Below, one piece after another: positions 29,910 to 45,500 of a stretch of DNA of 64,000 bases. The translations under genes and the position numbers were made by a program. Location of the stretch: contig OZ037767.1 in the NCBI GenBank assembly GCA_964035545.1, positions 25,560,628 through 25,624,627 on the forward strand, in the 5' to 3' direction. The stretch is from Bugula neritina (taxonomy: Eukaryota; Animalia; Bryozoa). The notes beneath the pieces were generated by a model. That model had not been told where the DNA came from. It made no database searches and worked only from the letters and a program-made list of their open reading frames with translations. The number at the start of each line of letters is the position of its first letter. The first letter of the stretch is position 1.

Positions 29910-32900
29910 ATTGCACTATTGCACCGACTTCAGCTGTGAAACTTGAATAATATTATGTTATTTTGAATTGAATGAGTTCGTGCTGGACTTGCTATTGTCA
30001 ATAATCCCACCTGTGTATATTAATGCAATTCTCAATTTGATGTTAGTTGTTAGATGGTTTCTGTTATACATAATGTATTTACACTGTTTTGTTATGCTAG
30101 GAAGTTGTATGACAACTATTGCTAGCTATTAGTCTTACCTTCAAATTTTCTGGCAACATTTTTTATTGTAAAATATTTAATCTAAAATAAACAGAAATTA
30201 TTTTCTGATGAATAAACTTAATTGTTTTGCTTAAAAATTCTAAAGGTTTAAATATAGAAACTAAAATATCAATGAAAGCATAATTCTATTAAAACTGGCT
30301 ATAGATTTTGCTCTATTTATACAATCCTAGTTGACTTATTATTGGCCAGCAGCTGTAAGTTGCAAGTTATTATAATTTTTCAAATTCTGTTTATTTACTG
30401 CATAAAGTCATCTTCTCTATTATTTATGGCTGTTGAAGAGACGCCATAATTTATTTGGTCATTGACCGAACATTCATTACTTCAATTAAAATTATATATA
30501 TAATATGTTTGCTTATTAATTATAATAATAATTTCTTCACCTGAAATTTTATAATTATACTACATATCTGCAGTTCTAAGGTTTTCCATTAACTGATTGC
30601 AAGGCGCAGCTCAATTAATTTCCATCATCAATTTTGTCTTCTTGTGATTTATTAAAAGTGGGCTCACTGTCCATAAACTAATAGAAGACCTCATTCATCA
30701 CTACTTGCTATGGAGATCTCATTGAACTGCATTAAATCATATAATAATTTAGTCAGTAAAATAACGGTGCAAGTTGTTAAACAAATATACATCACTGTTT
30801 TCTTGTTTCTCTCAAATAATGTTTGTCAATTTTTAAATCAAAATTAAATAAATTTTAAAAATTCAATTAATAGCAAATTCAAATGCAGGTATTGTGGCAG
30901 AGAGCTTAAGGCAATGATCAATGGTAAAAGACATCGATAGCCCTGCTATGTAAGGAATGCCAGCTTTTAAAGATGCCGTGCTTTCAACAATTGTGATGGT
31001 GTTTTTCCTTACACATTTTCCATAGACTCAACAAACAGATCAATAGGTACAAAGGATTTCATTAATGTGTCTTTGTAAGTTATATTGGACTCCGTGTTTA
31101 TTCGCACCTGTCACTCATAGGAATCTCATGATGCCAGCAATTACAATGAAAAAACAGTGTTTTGTCTTCTTGTTTGTTTGATACTGTTTTGCCAAAATTA
31201 GAATTCATTTAGCTTTTATTTGTTCACAGAATAAGCAACAGCAGTTTGGGTATAGTTTACACGTACTGGTTTCTTAGAATAATACTTTTACTTCAACTGT
31301 GAGATGTGGAGATGGTTAGTAGTTCTAACTAACAGATCTATCATCTCAGTATGCAATCTCACACTTGTCAGCTATACCTGGTGCAACACAACCTGGCTCC
31401 AGATATCACAATACAGACAGTGCAATGAGGTCATTATTAATTGATATCAATTTTTAATCTCCTTATTAACTTTCATATAACTGAAAATCTACACGTGTGT
31501 GGTTCTGGTACAGAAGCTTAGCTACAAGTATATTCATGCTAATATCAACTATTGCATAATAAGACCATACAATTTTGGCATCTCAAACCATCATTAGGGC
31601 GTATTTGAGCTAACTAACAGAAAATATCAAACATTTCTTAGTATCAGATTTGTTTAGAGTTGTATACACACAAGATGTTCGGCACCACAGTGTCTGCTAG
31701 CAAATCTTTGTCTCTTCACAATCTGCTTCAACATTCTGCATCACTTTCAATCTTAATATTGTGCCTGCATCAGCTGTTATATGGTTTCACCTATACTACA
31801 CCTACACTAATTTTAAGTAATCATCCTACTTTATGTTACTGGTTGATGCAAGATTTGTTAAAATTTGAATTTCTCAACTCAGCATGGATGTATATTAGGT
31901 TAGGCTAAATATTAACCAGGGCTTGAGAAGGTTGTCTCAAGAATAACAGGAAACAAAGCTTATAATTTGTTAGGTTTAGTTAAGCTATAACAATTACATT
32001 TACTCACTAGCTTTATTTGTAGCTATAAGGATATGTACAGCATTACTACATAGCAAATTTATGTTGTTTTTTTATTAGATTGTTTCGAAAAGTTAGCGGA
32101 AAGTTAATTTATATCGTGTCAATTCCATGTCATAAAAACGTTTTACATTAGAAAATGCGGGTTAATGTGTTTCAATTTGGGCTGCAGTCAAATATTTACA
32201 TGTTATAATGAAATTCCTTAAATAGTATTTAGCTCTGCATATTTTGAAACATTTAATTTGACATTTATGTTACTCAGAAAAGTGTATGTAATAAATCTGC
32301 AATGAACAAGCTGGGCACAATGTGACGAGTACCATCACACCAGTCAGAAATAAAACTTAATTAGTCTATACTTCTGCTAAATCATAACAGCTTCTAACTT
32401 GCAAGTATATGACTTCTAGTAAGGTGTCTCACTAGCAAATGCAAAACAATTCTATATTCCAAAAAACATCTTTCAAACACGAGGTTATACTGTATTATTC
32501 AAACATACAAGTATGTAACTCTGGCCTCAGCCAAGGCATATCATAGATATTTATTGCCATTTTATCTCACCAACCCACACCAATACAAACACTCGTACTT
32601 GAATTTTTGTGTCAATTGATCAGTAGGTTTTACTGCTGTATTTATTGAACTGTCAAAGATAATACTGCCATTTATAAGTGTATACTATGAGTAGTTTCAA
32701 CAACACATTGAGTGCTAGTAGTTGCTGTAGCAAATTGCTCTCAGTCTGGTTTTTCCTGATAAAAGAGGGGTACATATTGATCATCTACTCTCTCCTCACA
32801 TAAGACACTAAAATATATTTTATACGCAGTGAAGCTGCTATAAGCACATCTAGTTATTTTATAAACTGTAACTATAAGCACATGGTTAATGATTTAGCAT

Positions 32901-34489
32901 ATGTCCCGAGGAAAACACCCACTAGACGGTTGGTTTTGTACAGGTTTCTTTCATTACAGAATTTGAAAGTCAAGTTTAACTTTAACTGCTCAAACCTTTT
33001 AAGCTGAGAAGTTAGTACATGCATGAGTTACCTGATGATTTGTGTTGTGATTTAATCTCGTTTTTTAATATAGTTTCTACATGTTTGTCTTTTTAAAAAG
33101 ACAAAGTCATAACTAAAACTAATATAAAATACATTACATAAAATCAATGGTATTCTATTTAGTGCAATGCAGTTTGCAGAAATATTCCATCACACAAAGT
33201 CTTTGACTTGGTAAACATTAAGAATTGAGTAGGTTTGTACTTTGCTAACATCTTTCACAGTTTCAGAATTTTATTTGTGTCAGGAAATGACTTGCCATTC
33301 TACAGAATGTTGCTGACTGAACTGAAATTAAGTGACAATCTTCAGCGTACAGCTTATATAAATTAATGTTTGAAAAGTTCTTATAAGTTTTCAAAAGATA
33401 TAAAAACATAATGTACATCATCATAATAGGCTTTCTCAAAGACCTATGATTTTGCTGTTTTAAAAGGACGGAATAACAGTTGAACTAAATGTGTTATACA
33501 AAGTTTTATTGGCTAGTTTAAAAGCAACTGAAATAAGCAAGTTTGCAAGACGTTTGATAAAAAACTGTAGAGTTTAAAGCATAAACGGATATTGTATTTC
33601 AGGAGTGAATAACTTCTTATGCGATTAATAATATCTCAAGGCTAAAGCTGAATGAAGCGCTCTTAGGTAGACTTACTCCTGTAATGAGATAGATTTACTC
33701 TAATTTAGTTGCATATATCTGTTGTGTAATACTATAATATGCTATACCATACGCAAGTAAATGGAATTGTGTTGTGTTGTAATGTATACTGTGTGTTATA
33801 TTTTATTAACTGTACTATATATTATAGGCTGAAATTTGGCACTAGGTGAAGGTCAAAAATATTAGTAAAATATTTGCATATGTTAAAATAACTATAATTA
33901 CCATAGGGAAAGGTTATATATTTATATTATAATATAATATAATGATATCCTACGCTGTATACCAAAATTTGAGCAACTGTTTTTAGGTCTAATAAATAGT
34001 ATTTGTTCTTCAACGGAACCACTCTATAACTGATTTGTAATGCATCATTTTATACTTGGAATTTGATATTTCAAATAAAAATAGAATGTAGCAACACGTG
34101 AGCTGTTTGTATAGTAAGCTGTCATTCAAGTTGCCAAGTTTGTATATACTCTGTGAGTTCACTAATTGACGTAATTGTAGCAAAGTTTACATGAAGAAAA
34201 TGTACAGTGTGGAGGCTCAACAGCCCCACCCTTAATTTTATATTAATTTATTGCAGCTGTTCAATTTTTTCAAATAATGTTGTTATGTTACCAATTTTAA
34301 AATAAGAAGCAAGGAATAGATTAATTTTGTTTCAAGAGAGTAAAAAGGGATTACAATAACTACAGCATCTTCAATCATAACATATATCTGCTCAATCAGT
34401 GTGAACTTGCAATTACTTATATTATGCTCAACAAGTAGCTAGCAAAAGTGTTTTACAGCAAATCAAAACAATGATCTTTAGACCTAAGG

Positions 34490-34550
34490 ATGTTCAACCA
34501 ATCAGAGAGCAGTATCAAAGTGTGACTTATTCGCAACAATAGCCAATGAT
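34490..34550 (+). promoter_or_regulatory. Putative Wnt4 proximal promoter elements (two CCAAT boxes around a TCF/LEF motif)
   Basis: CCAATCAG at about 34498, ATCAAAG at 34514-34520 and GCCAATGA at about 34542, roughly 500 bp upstream of the Wnt4 ATG. Confidence 0.35.
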
Positions 34551-35019
34551 GTATGGCTTACATGTGAATACCTGTTCAGTTGTAGAGATTAAAGGAAAAC
34601 CCAGATACGCTGAGCAACTTGTCACAGTAAGACTTTAGCAACGCTTAAGGACATTCAGAGTTGAGAGACTATAACGGGATATCACAATCTTCATCTAGCA
34701 TATTTTCATCAATTAATATTTCTATTAAGACCGGCAAAACAATAGCTCTTTGCCTGCTGTTTACATCTTGACTGTAACTGATAGAAAATTGAAAACAACT
34801 GTAGCATTATTTACTTTTAGAAAGTAGTTTTATTGTTGATCTCTTGTGGAAGAGATTACTGGCATGTGCGTCTGATTATAAAGAGGAAATAGAGGAATAG
34901 AAGCAGTTATTGTCTGTATAAATTATTCATAGCAGAATAAATAATATATTTATATGCCTTACAAACTCAGAGTAAATATGCTATACTCATCAAAGAGGAA
35001 AGACTTATTGACATTTAAC

Positions 35020-38000
35020 ATGGCAGCTGTACAGCTTTGGATTACTTATGCAATACTTCTATGTACACCCACAGTGCAATCTCTAAAATGGCTGTAAGTA
35101 TAACATACCGTGTTCAACTATTCTTGAGCATTTATTCTCTTATTCTCCTTGATTTCTGTTATTCTCATATCTGACTAAAACTGCTCTGTTTTTTGCATCT
35201 ACACGATCTTTTGGTGAAATATTTGTAGCTCATCATCTAATTAATATTTTGGCAACTCAAAAGAAGACTTAAAAAATAATCTCTACAACATTAAGTTTTT
35301 TTATGAAATATGCATGTAATTGCAGTAAATACCTTAATGGCACTTTGCTAAGAATTATTATGATAAATTATAGTTATTTGGAAGGTCGTAGAACTGTAAT
35401 ATTAATAATGATAGTATATCCAGATTTGTGTTTTCGGTATATTGCACATTTTTCATAATTCTGTCTCTTGATCTTTGATCATAAACTAAATTACTATATT
35501 TACCATCACAATTAACCGATTTTATCAATTTATCGTATTAATATTTCAAATTATACATTTATATGGAAATACCTGCCCATGTACCATCACTAGAAGGAAT
35601 CTAAAGATTTTACCTCCAGATTTTATTCCATTGCAAATATAACCAGTGAGCAACATTACAGACTAGTAGTGTGTTAAGCCAGTTGCTAGTGAATTCTTTG
35701 TCAGTCTATTTTACTGGTGAGTTGAAGATTTCAGCAGCCATGTTTTTTACCATTATTTTCTGTCAGTTTGAGTTTGTCAAAATTATTTCCAATGCAATTT
35801 AGTAACTTTCAACTTAAAGATTAAAATAATATTCAACATCCACTAAATCTATAGCGGTGTAGGGGTGTGTATTGTTGGGACTTTTTAGTTTAACTAATTT
35901 ACTTTAAAACAGACATTTGTTTAAACCAAAAATATTTGTAAGAACTGAAGCAGTATCTAAATAACTGAAAATGCATTCCTTTCTTACGAAAAGTTGTCTT
36001 AACCTTAGTTCAAAGCTAAAAAAGCAATAATTGGCCATGAAAAAGTTATTGGAGTAGTTTTTGCAACTTCTTTAATGTTATTTTGATTTTTTTACTTATA
36101 GCTAAATAAGTATAGGTTAGAAATATCTTTCTTTAATTTCAAGTATAGTTAAAATCAGTTGAAAAATTTCAAATAAACTTTGCAGCAATGCAGTAATGGT
36201 GCAAATATCTGTAGTAGTTATAAAATGTATAAATAGATAACATTCTTGTCATTTCGTAGCAGCAGATAAATACATGCAAAGAGACCAAGTGTTGTAAACA
36301 TAGAACAGTTAGTGTATTATATCCACACTTCTCATCATCCAACACTCTGTAGGTTTTCAAATATCAGCAAAAGTTTGTAGCATCTTATTGATAAATTAGC
36401 ACTATACAATTGGAATAGCATTGGTGTATCCTTTTATAAGAAATAATATAAATAATATGCGGCTATTGGGCCTTTTGTCGGTAGCTCAAATTTTTTAGCT
36501 AGGTGCAAAGTTTACATAAATTGGAAATTATAACTGCAGTAGTTTGAATAGTACAGTGGAAAGCAGGAAAGTCAATGTCATTACTCAGTTTGCACTTCTG
36601 CTTGTCGTAAAGTTTTAAATCACTTGAGAATGTTGGTTGGCACAATTCCAGAAATTTCTCTAAAGAAAAGCTTTCTGCAAAATGAAATAATTAATATATC
36701 CATGTTTTCATTCATGCTTAAACAATTGAAGTACATTTATGTGCAGCTTATGAGGTTGAATAATAGAAAATAGAAAGATAAAATAAACTAGTCATGGTTG
36801 TTATTGCAACTATTTAATTTTCAAGCATATTATTGCCAAAGAGTAGGTAGTGTTGGAAAATTCTTGCCTAGTGATTATGACTTTCAGGGGTAAACATTAG
36901 AATATTTAGTGATGCAAGTTGCAATATGTTTGAAATCCCTCCCCAAGTATGCTAGAGTGTGTTCCCCTTTGATGTTCAACAACTGGATTGTGTCATGAGA
37001 GGTAGAGGTTTTAATTAAGTGTCTCTATACCTCTTCTAATTGCCTTCTCATTTGAATTTGTGGTTAAATTAAGCAAACACAGTGAATAGGCTCGTAGTTG
37101 ATGAATCATTAATAGAGACTGTGATTAATACAGCAGCATAGAAGGAATCCTTTTAGAGATGCTGAAAGTTCTCTAACACCAAATGGTGTCATGTTCACAT
37201 TAATAATCTTTTTAAAAAACTTTATTTTAGTTCACCACAAACTTCCAGGCCTGAGTCTTGTGAGATCAACTGTATTCAATCCGTAATTAGGCCTTCAGCT
37301 ATTGAACTGAACTTCTTTTCCCCCAATGATGGTGTCTCATGACTTTAAATTGTCAACAAAATGCAAACCATGCCTCCATAGCAGTGTTTATCTAGTTGAA
37401 AAATGATTGTGTCTGTGTATTATTGGTAAAATTCTAAGTTTGTAGTTCAGTTCAAATTTATCCTACAGATTTGCATACTATAGTTATGCCAGGGTCTCTT
37501 GGCTAGTGCATCGCTGTTGTTATTTAATTAAATTAAAGTGATTCAAAAGTAGAAACTTTCCAATCTCTGGGGTTTACCCAGCAGACAGCATCTTCCTGGC
37601 CTCAGGCAGCATCAGTTGCTGACTCAAATGACCTCTTTGTCTCACCTCAACACTGTTTTATATGATAACACTAAAAGGTATTGTAGAGGTAATGCGAACA
37701 GGTCACTAATACCTACAATGCTAGTTATTTAGTGTTAATAGCGTAAAAGTCCCTTTGATCTTGCTAAAAGAAAACATCAGTGTTTGCTTACACAAAACAG
37801 TAGAAAGAATTAGTGTTAGATCAGCTGTGATTTGTCAGTTTTCATCTTTGATTCACACAATAATGACAAACTATACACAAAGAGAACTAAAATAATATGG
37901 TATATATATATATATATTTTATAAATAATTTTCTATTTTTCAATAAAGGTTATGTATTTCATCATCTTTTTGAGCTTTTTATAAACATTATTTGTACCTG

Positions 38001-41000
38001 TGATTAATCAATAAGAAATTTCGTAGCTATAAATTAGGGAATGCCTCTCATTTCGGGTAAATTAACGCTCAGTAATTTAAAATAGGTAGGCCTATACATA
38101 GATTTTACTTCCACCTAGCAATCCATTTTATACTGCAAAGTATCACCATAACACATGTTATTTCTAATTAAATTTTGAAGCCATGCCTGATTAATCATTT
38201 ATTTGGTGTACTGTACAGGTAAAAACATATCATTATTCAAAATAACTTTTGATGCGTCATCAGATTTTCACTTAATTTGCTCCAAAAGCTAATCTAAAAA
38301 TTTCAATCCTTTTAAATTCATAAACTCATGTCTGTATTAGCATAATTTTGATTAATAGTCATGTATTGCCATCAGATAGCCAAAACTAATTTAGGATAAA
38401 ATATTTAATCAAATTGCAAAATTTATTGATCGGTAAGTATTTTCTAAAGTATCCTCTAGAGAAGATTCCGCCCACAGAGACTGGAGTACTCTGGGTGCTT
38501 CTACTTCCCACAGAGACGTAACATGTGGTCTTACAACTTCATAGTTTGAAGCCATTTCATTAAATGCACTCAACTTTAATCATTTGAATGAAATGAAAAG
38601 ATGTCAGCTAATTCAATCATTTATTCACTTTTCTACAGGTCCTTGGCAAGTATACCGTCCAGTTTATCCGAGTCCCAAATGGAGGGCATAGAAGATCTGT
38701 GCTCCAGACTGACCGGTCTCGAGAGAAGACAGAAGAAAGTATGTCGGCAGCATATTTCAATGATGTCTGGAGTGATGAATGGAGCTAACATGTCTATAAT
38801 TGAGTGCCAAAACCAGTTTAAAGACAGACGATGGAACTGCTCAATGGTGGACGAACATACCATATTTGGCGACATTGTAAATAAAGGTAGCCTAATATTC
38901 TTAAACTGAATCAAATAGGGGTAGCTTATTGACTCCTTTAATAGACTTGCTGCTTCAAGCTATATAGTCTAAAGCTAAACTGTTTAATTTCATTTTATAT
39001 TAATAAGTTTTTCTTTCCTGATTCTAAAAAAAGCCCATTGATTAAGCTGTCGGCTCATGCTAACGGATATTCTTGATGAAAAAGGAAATTAGTTGGAAAG
39101 ATAAAGAAGAGTAATGATTATACTCAACATTGTATACCTGCAATAAATCTAAACTGTAGAAATTTAAGAGCTATTAATAACATACACTGTCTTTTTCATG
39201 GGGAAGTATTGCACCATTTAGAGGTGAAAGTGATAAGGTATACTGCTTCGAACCACAAGTTGGTGAAAACTCAAATCTTGATGGAAAGTTTTCTGTCTTA
39301 TAGTAAATTATTATTCTTTCTACAATTTTATAAAAAGCTACAACAAAAATTAAAATTACAAAATCGTGCAATATTTTTGTATAACCAAACGATTTTATTC
39401 TTTAAGGATACTATTTTAAGTGCATGGTGATCACTTTGCTAAAGTTAAATAAACCTAACTATTCCAGTACAACAATAATTACTTGGCGTACATTTATAAC
39501 ATAACAATATTCTTTCTTTAAAAGTATATTGTATCATATTTTTATAGCTATCATTCTTATACTTATTATGTAAAAGTTAAGAATTATCAATAGACCTTAT
39601 AATTATATAAAACAACTATATTATATAAAATACTCTACTACGATAACAGGCTAGCCCACACACCAAGTATACTATGTTCATGCAGCTTGCATATTCAATA
39701 TAATTATACTGGTCAACTAGTGCACTTTACGGTCATTGTTTTACAGAATTTCCTTTCAACAAATTTACTACGAAACAACTTTATACTAATTTTATGTAGA
39801 AAATTATAATTTTAGTGCACAAATGTTATATAATAATTATTGATGCTTTAATTAGTACCAGCAAGGATGATTAAATCCTAGTTTTTCAATCATCATGCAT
39901 TGAAATGAATTGCAGTTATGTTTAGTGCATTAAAAGTGCATTCTGGTCTTTCAGCTGCAGTTGTAGAAAGTTAGAAACAGATATAAATTGTCACAATATC
40001 TTAATATATATGTTCTAAAATACCTGTTCTTTTAAGAATATGGTAGCCATTGACTTAGTCCTCACTTCTGATGATTATCACTAATTCAACCAACCAACCA
40101 ACCAACCGTCATATCTTTATAGCTACATCCAAATTAAAAACATTTAATATTCCGCTAGCTATAATAGTATGTTTGCAAAAAGCTGATTTTAGAAAGTTAG
40201 ATATTGGTGAGAATTTTAAATAAGGAAAATAGTTTGATTAAACACAAAACTAAAATTTTGTGTTGTTTCTGTAATAGAAAAATGTTTATTCATTGCTGCA
40301 CTAATTTCAATTTATTTAGTAGAAATTATCAGCAACCACATTAGCATTGCAGGTTAAATCAGTTCACAGTGGCCATAGAATGCACCATGCTTTATTACTG
40401 TTTCAGAATAATTAGTATTGAAATTAGAGTAAAATAATTATAGTATATCTTAAGTTAGTAAGAAATACTATTACTTCATTTGCAGGGACTCGAGAGGCAG
40501 CGTATATTCATGCTATAACGGCGGCAGGAGTAAGTTTTGCTGTGACTAAGGGGTGTAGCAGGGGAGAGCTGAGTGGTTGTGGGTGTGACGTATCTAAAGT
40601 CGGGGAAATGAACGGTTTCACGTGGGCAGGCTGCTCTGACAATGCTTTGTACGGTACTGCCTTCAGTAAGAAGTTCACAGATGCCAGGGAGAGAGTAAAA
40701 AATACAAATGGCCGCTCTCTGATGAACTTGCACAACAACCAGGCAGGCAGGGAGGTTAGTAGGTAATTTTATTATAATGCTAAGGTTACTTGGCAATTAC
40801 AGACATTATTTTGGTATAGGCTGGCCATTAACTGCTCTACTTTGTTACACATCAAGCGGCTCACCATTGCTAAGTCTTACTTATCTCCCACCGTATGCTA
40901 ATTTTATGGGAAATTGAATTTTGTGTTTTGGACAGCTTCAGGGCTTTGCATTGCAAATATTAAAAGTTAACCTTTCTATATTAAAACGTTACCAATTAGA

Positions 41001-42547
41001 CTTTAGAGTAAAGTAACATGTTTCAAAGTTATGTTCATTACTTGAGTTCTTTTTCTCAGCAGCCTAATATAATTATAATTATAGTATTTTATATATTGAT
41101 CTAGAAATGTGATGTAAGAACTGATAGAAATGTGTTTGATTTCAACATACGTCCATGTTGTGTTTGTCATTGTCATAATATTGGAGATCAAAAGACATCA
41201 GTTGAGTTGTATGTAAGCAGCTAAAGTGTAATAGTACTGTGCAGCAGCTATGAAAGACACCTGTATATAAATACTTTAGTTACTCAGTCAGTTTCTAAGC
41301 CAATCAAGCTTTGGCTTCCAATATTGAAATGTTGTGATTGGCTTAGCAGCCATGGCTTCCAAAATGATTTTATCACGTGGAAAAATAGTGATTGAGATTA
41401 GTGAATGATCATGATTCACACCCGGCAGTAAATGCTCCCATAAATGTTTTCAAAACAAGATAAACATAAAAATGTGAAATCATGCTTATGGCTAAAAATG
41501 GTTTTGAAGACATTCATACGTATGTACTCTTTTAGGCATAATATGTGGAAATATGTTAATGCTGAAGTAGTGGATGTCAGAATTCTTTGTCTATGGCAGG
41601 TTGTCCTCAAGAATATGAAGACCGAGTGCAAATGTCACGGGGTTTCAGGATCCTGTGAAGTCAAAACCTGCTGGCGATCGCTCCCGGCATTCAAGCAAGT
41701 TGGTCAAATTCTAAAGCAATCATTCGACGGAGCAACAGAAGTTAAGTCTAAGAAAAAGTCACAGGTTGGGAGGATGCAACTAATCCCCTCCAGCAGGTTA
41801 GATCACTCGAACTATTTCAAGTGCAATTATGACACTATTGCTTTTATTATACTAAACTTATGTTTTGTGGTATTGCATTTGGATTGAACATGTTACATCC
41901 ACCATGAGTGTTAAATGTTAGGAATCTTCTAGAACAGCCAAACCTGTAAAACAACCTTCTACTGAGCCGACGCTGCCATTTAGTTGTATTATAAACAGAT
42001 ATAATAGGAAGTCTATTTTAATTTTTTTTTAACTTCATTTTATCTTCAGCTATAAATATTTATACATTCATAAGCTGTGCACAGTCAGCACTACTTCTAA
42101 GTAAAACTTAAAATTAACGGTGTATTAAAAGTGCATTGACATAAAAAGTGAACTTTTTGCAAACATTAATTAAATGATAGCATCATACATTATTATATGT
42201 CTTGCTATTAAAGTTTGTACTTTTTGGATGTTGCGGTGAAACTAAATATGAATATTTCTCTTAATTACAGAAAGTTGAAGCCTTTCGAAGTCGATGATTT
42301 GGTATATTTGAAAGACAGTCCAGATTTCTGCGAAAAAAACAGCACCCTAGGGTCCTTAGGAACCCACGGCCGAGAATGCAATAAAACCAGCAAAAATATT
42401 GATGGGTGTGACCTAATGTGCTGTGGCCGAGGCTACAGGACAATAATAGAACATGTAACAGACAGATGTAACTGCAAATTCTATTGGTGTTGCTTTGTCA
42501 AGTGCGAAGAGTGTATAAAACGAGTAGTTAGAAATATTTGTTTGTGA
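35020..42547 (+). CDS. WNT4: Wnt4, about 354 aa
   Basis: Exons 35020-35093 (signal peptide ending KWL), 38639-38886, 40486-40754, 41600-41796, 42271-42547 have consistent phases and the full Wnt cysteine pattern. Wnt4-type segments: [113 protein letters not shown]. An in-frame upstream ATG is at 34978. Confidence 0.93.
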
Positions 42548-45500
42548 AACCTTCTTCGGTACCAGAATCTGCTCAACTCTATTAATTCTTCAAATACCAA
42601 AGTCACTCGACTGCCAAAGTCATCTCAACCTTCGTAACTTAAGCAACAGAAGTCTACCCAGCTATTGATGGAATTTGTTATACACCAATGCAGTAAACCT
42701 TACAGCTTATACTCAGTCACTCCTTACAGCTAATGGCCTATTTGCTACTGCATGTCTCATTTACATCCGCCCAAGGTTAGGAGGATACATTGGACAACGA
42801 CCACATCAAAGAGCATGAGCTTTATAGAGGTGATCTACAGTTTGACACCAGATAAAGTAGCAACTGCCACTAATTATTAAAGTTGGTGAGCATTATTGTT
42901 CAACTAAGAATCTTTTATGTCATTGTTTACTCACCAGTGTTAGCTCAAGTTCACAGAATGAAAATACGCTCAAAGGGGGATGTTGAGAGGAAGCACCGGC
43001 TATATTCTTGTACAACACAGTGTAGAGCCTCCGCTAATCATGTTAGGAAACATCTTTGAAAACTAGCCTGTCTGCAAATAATTATTTATTATCCTTTGAT
43101 GGTGTCTGAAGACCTTAAGTAACAAATACAGAGAATATTAGTTCTCACATTCTCTCTAATATACACAAATTAACCACTCCACCTAACACTTGAGAAATCA
43201 ACCTTTAATTCTTTGAGCTGTGGAAAATTGGAGTATATAGTGTTTTGTACTCTTTCTATATAAACAAGTATTATTTATTTTCTAGCCATTAGTAGAATAT
43301 GAAAAAGATTCAGTTGCCATAAAATAATTACTCATGAATATTATGTAACTAATTGGAAACCACAAATTTGTCTTGATTAATCAGAGTTGATTGGTTTTTG
43401 TGACAAGAATGAAATATTGTAACATTTTTTTGCTGTTATAATTTTATATATTTAATTTGATAATACGCTTGTACAACTGCATTTGTGACATACAGTTTTC
43501 TTGTATTCTAACAGCTGAAATATCTCTTCTGTAAATATTTGAAATTTGGAAGTTTTTAAAAGCAACCTTCTCATTATAGTAATTATTGTTATTTATTATT
43601 TTTTTACCTTACAGTATATGGTTATATTGCATTAATTCTTTGTTACGTTTATAAAGTTATTGATTCAACTCACAAGCATTCTGTAAAAAATAATATTGTT
43701 TATAAATGAAAGTAAAACTACTAACCAAACAAGACTGCTTGATAATATTCTGTCATACAACTTTTATACATTGGAGTACTTTTGGCCAATAAACAAGAAG
43801 CTTCTTTGATGGCAAATAAATTAATTGATATGTTATGTTACTTATAACATGCATTTAAAATAAAATATCAGTCAATATTTTTACTTATGCACAACATAGC
43901 ATAATAACACAATGCTATTTTGGATAAATAAGTATATCTATGTCTTCCATTAACTTCTGAGTCGGCACGTCTTAAGATCAAAAGGTATTAACTTCAGATG
44001 TTGTTTTATTGAGCAAACATTCCATTGTTAATCTAGCTTTGCCGACATTATTATGTATTCCTACAGTTGGCAAGTATATGAGCAAATTAGTAATATAATA
44101 TAATTATTTTATATGACCTACACATGTAAGTTATCAGTGAGGTAAAGACTACTTCATCATGCACATTGTAAGGCTTGCAGGCTGCGGAAAGCTGCAAAAG
44201 CTAAAGAACTAATGGTCTAGCATATAAAGTGTAAGATATTGTAACAGATTAACTATCAGTTGAAAAGATTTAAGTCATAATTGAACCTGTAACATATTAT
44301 TGTAGTTCACAAGCTACTGCAACGTGGCGATCATAATTGTGCTATATTCAAGCAATACTCGTCGTTTATTTATGCTAAAATTTCACTTAATTAATTTATG
44401 ACGAAGCAACTCTGACTTTGCAACAGTTTTCAAATACTCCAAAAAGCTTCAACATAGTGAAAACATTAGACTAAATAACATTTTATGTTTTACCTATAAA
44501 TAAGGTAAGCAGTAGAATATTGCAATGCATAATTAGCTCATGATTTGAATTACTAATCATGTTTTTGCCAACAAAAAATTAGTTAGGTGATTTTTCACAG
44601 ACTGAAGCAGCTGTTGAGAGTTTTATGGGGTAATATTGTAAACACAGTCACAGTGTAGTGTGTACATTAGGGCATGTGAGTGATGGTGGTGGATATTTAT
44701 TGCAGTTGGAGTGCCAACAATAAATTGTATCGGAACTGTTATCATCCTGAAGTGACTAATAGGAGTTAATTGTACCTGTCAAATGCATATATATGTATTG
44801 CCTGAATATCACCTCTGCTAAATACAACCATAAATTTAACAAATAAATATGTAGGTATTTCTCACTGTTTTATGTTTATCACCAGACAGTTTACCAACTT
44901 CAAATAGAAATATGTCATGATAACTCAAAACAATTTTGTAAACACCACAAAGTTTTGATTTAAAAGCTCTTTTCAAGCTATTGCAATATTATTGTGTTAC
45001 TGTTTCAATACCTGCAGTCTATGTCACAGTACTATCAAAACTAGTTCCACATTGTACCAAACTTAAAATCGAATGCTGCCAACGATATGTTGATAATATT
45101 GTTTATAACTCATTATATTGCATTGTAGATGGTTGTAAATGTTTTTCAATACACAAATCTTTACTAACAAAAAGAGCATGCCAAATGCAATCATCTTCAA
45201 CAAGTTAAATAAATGTGACAAACAATGCAATTCACTGCATGTTAAGATAAAGTTTTATTGCCTGGCCATAAAAACTGTCACCAGTCTCTCAGTAGTTGCT
45301 GCTGCCCAGTTACACTTCATGTTACTTGCTTATAGATAAAAAGATCTTAACAAGTCTGTTAAAATTTATAATTTCCCGGACTAACTTCACTATGGGACTA
45401 AAATTTTCTTAGATATAGCTATAATTGCAACTAATTTCATATAAAATATTATTTGGTTTACTTGCACCAGTTATCTTAGTTATAACTACATGTTGTCTGA

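Noticed and set aside
35020-42547. Wnt5 assignment
   Set aside because: [27 protein letters not shown] and TSK.IDGC match Wnt4 rather than Wnt5.
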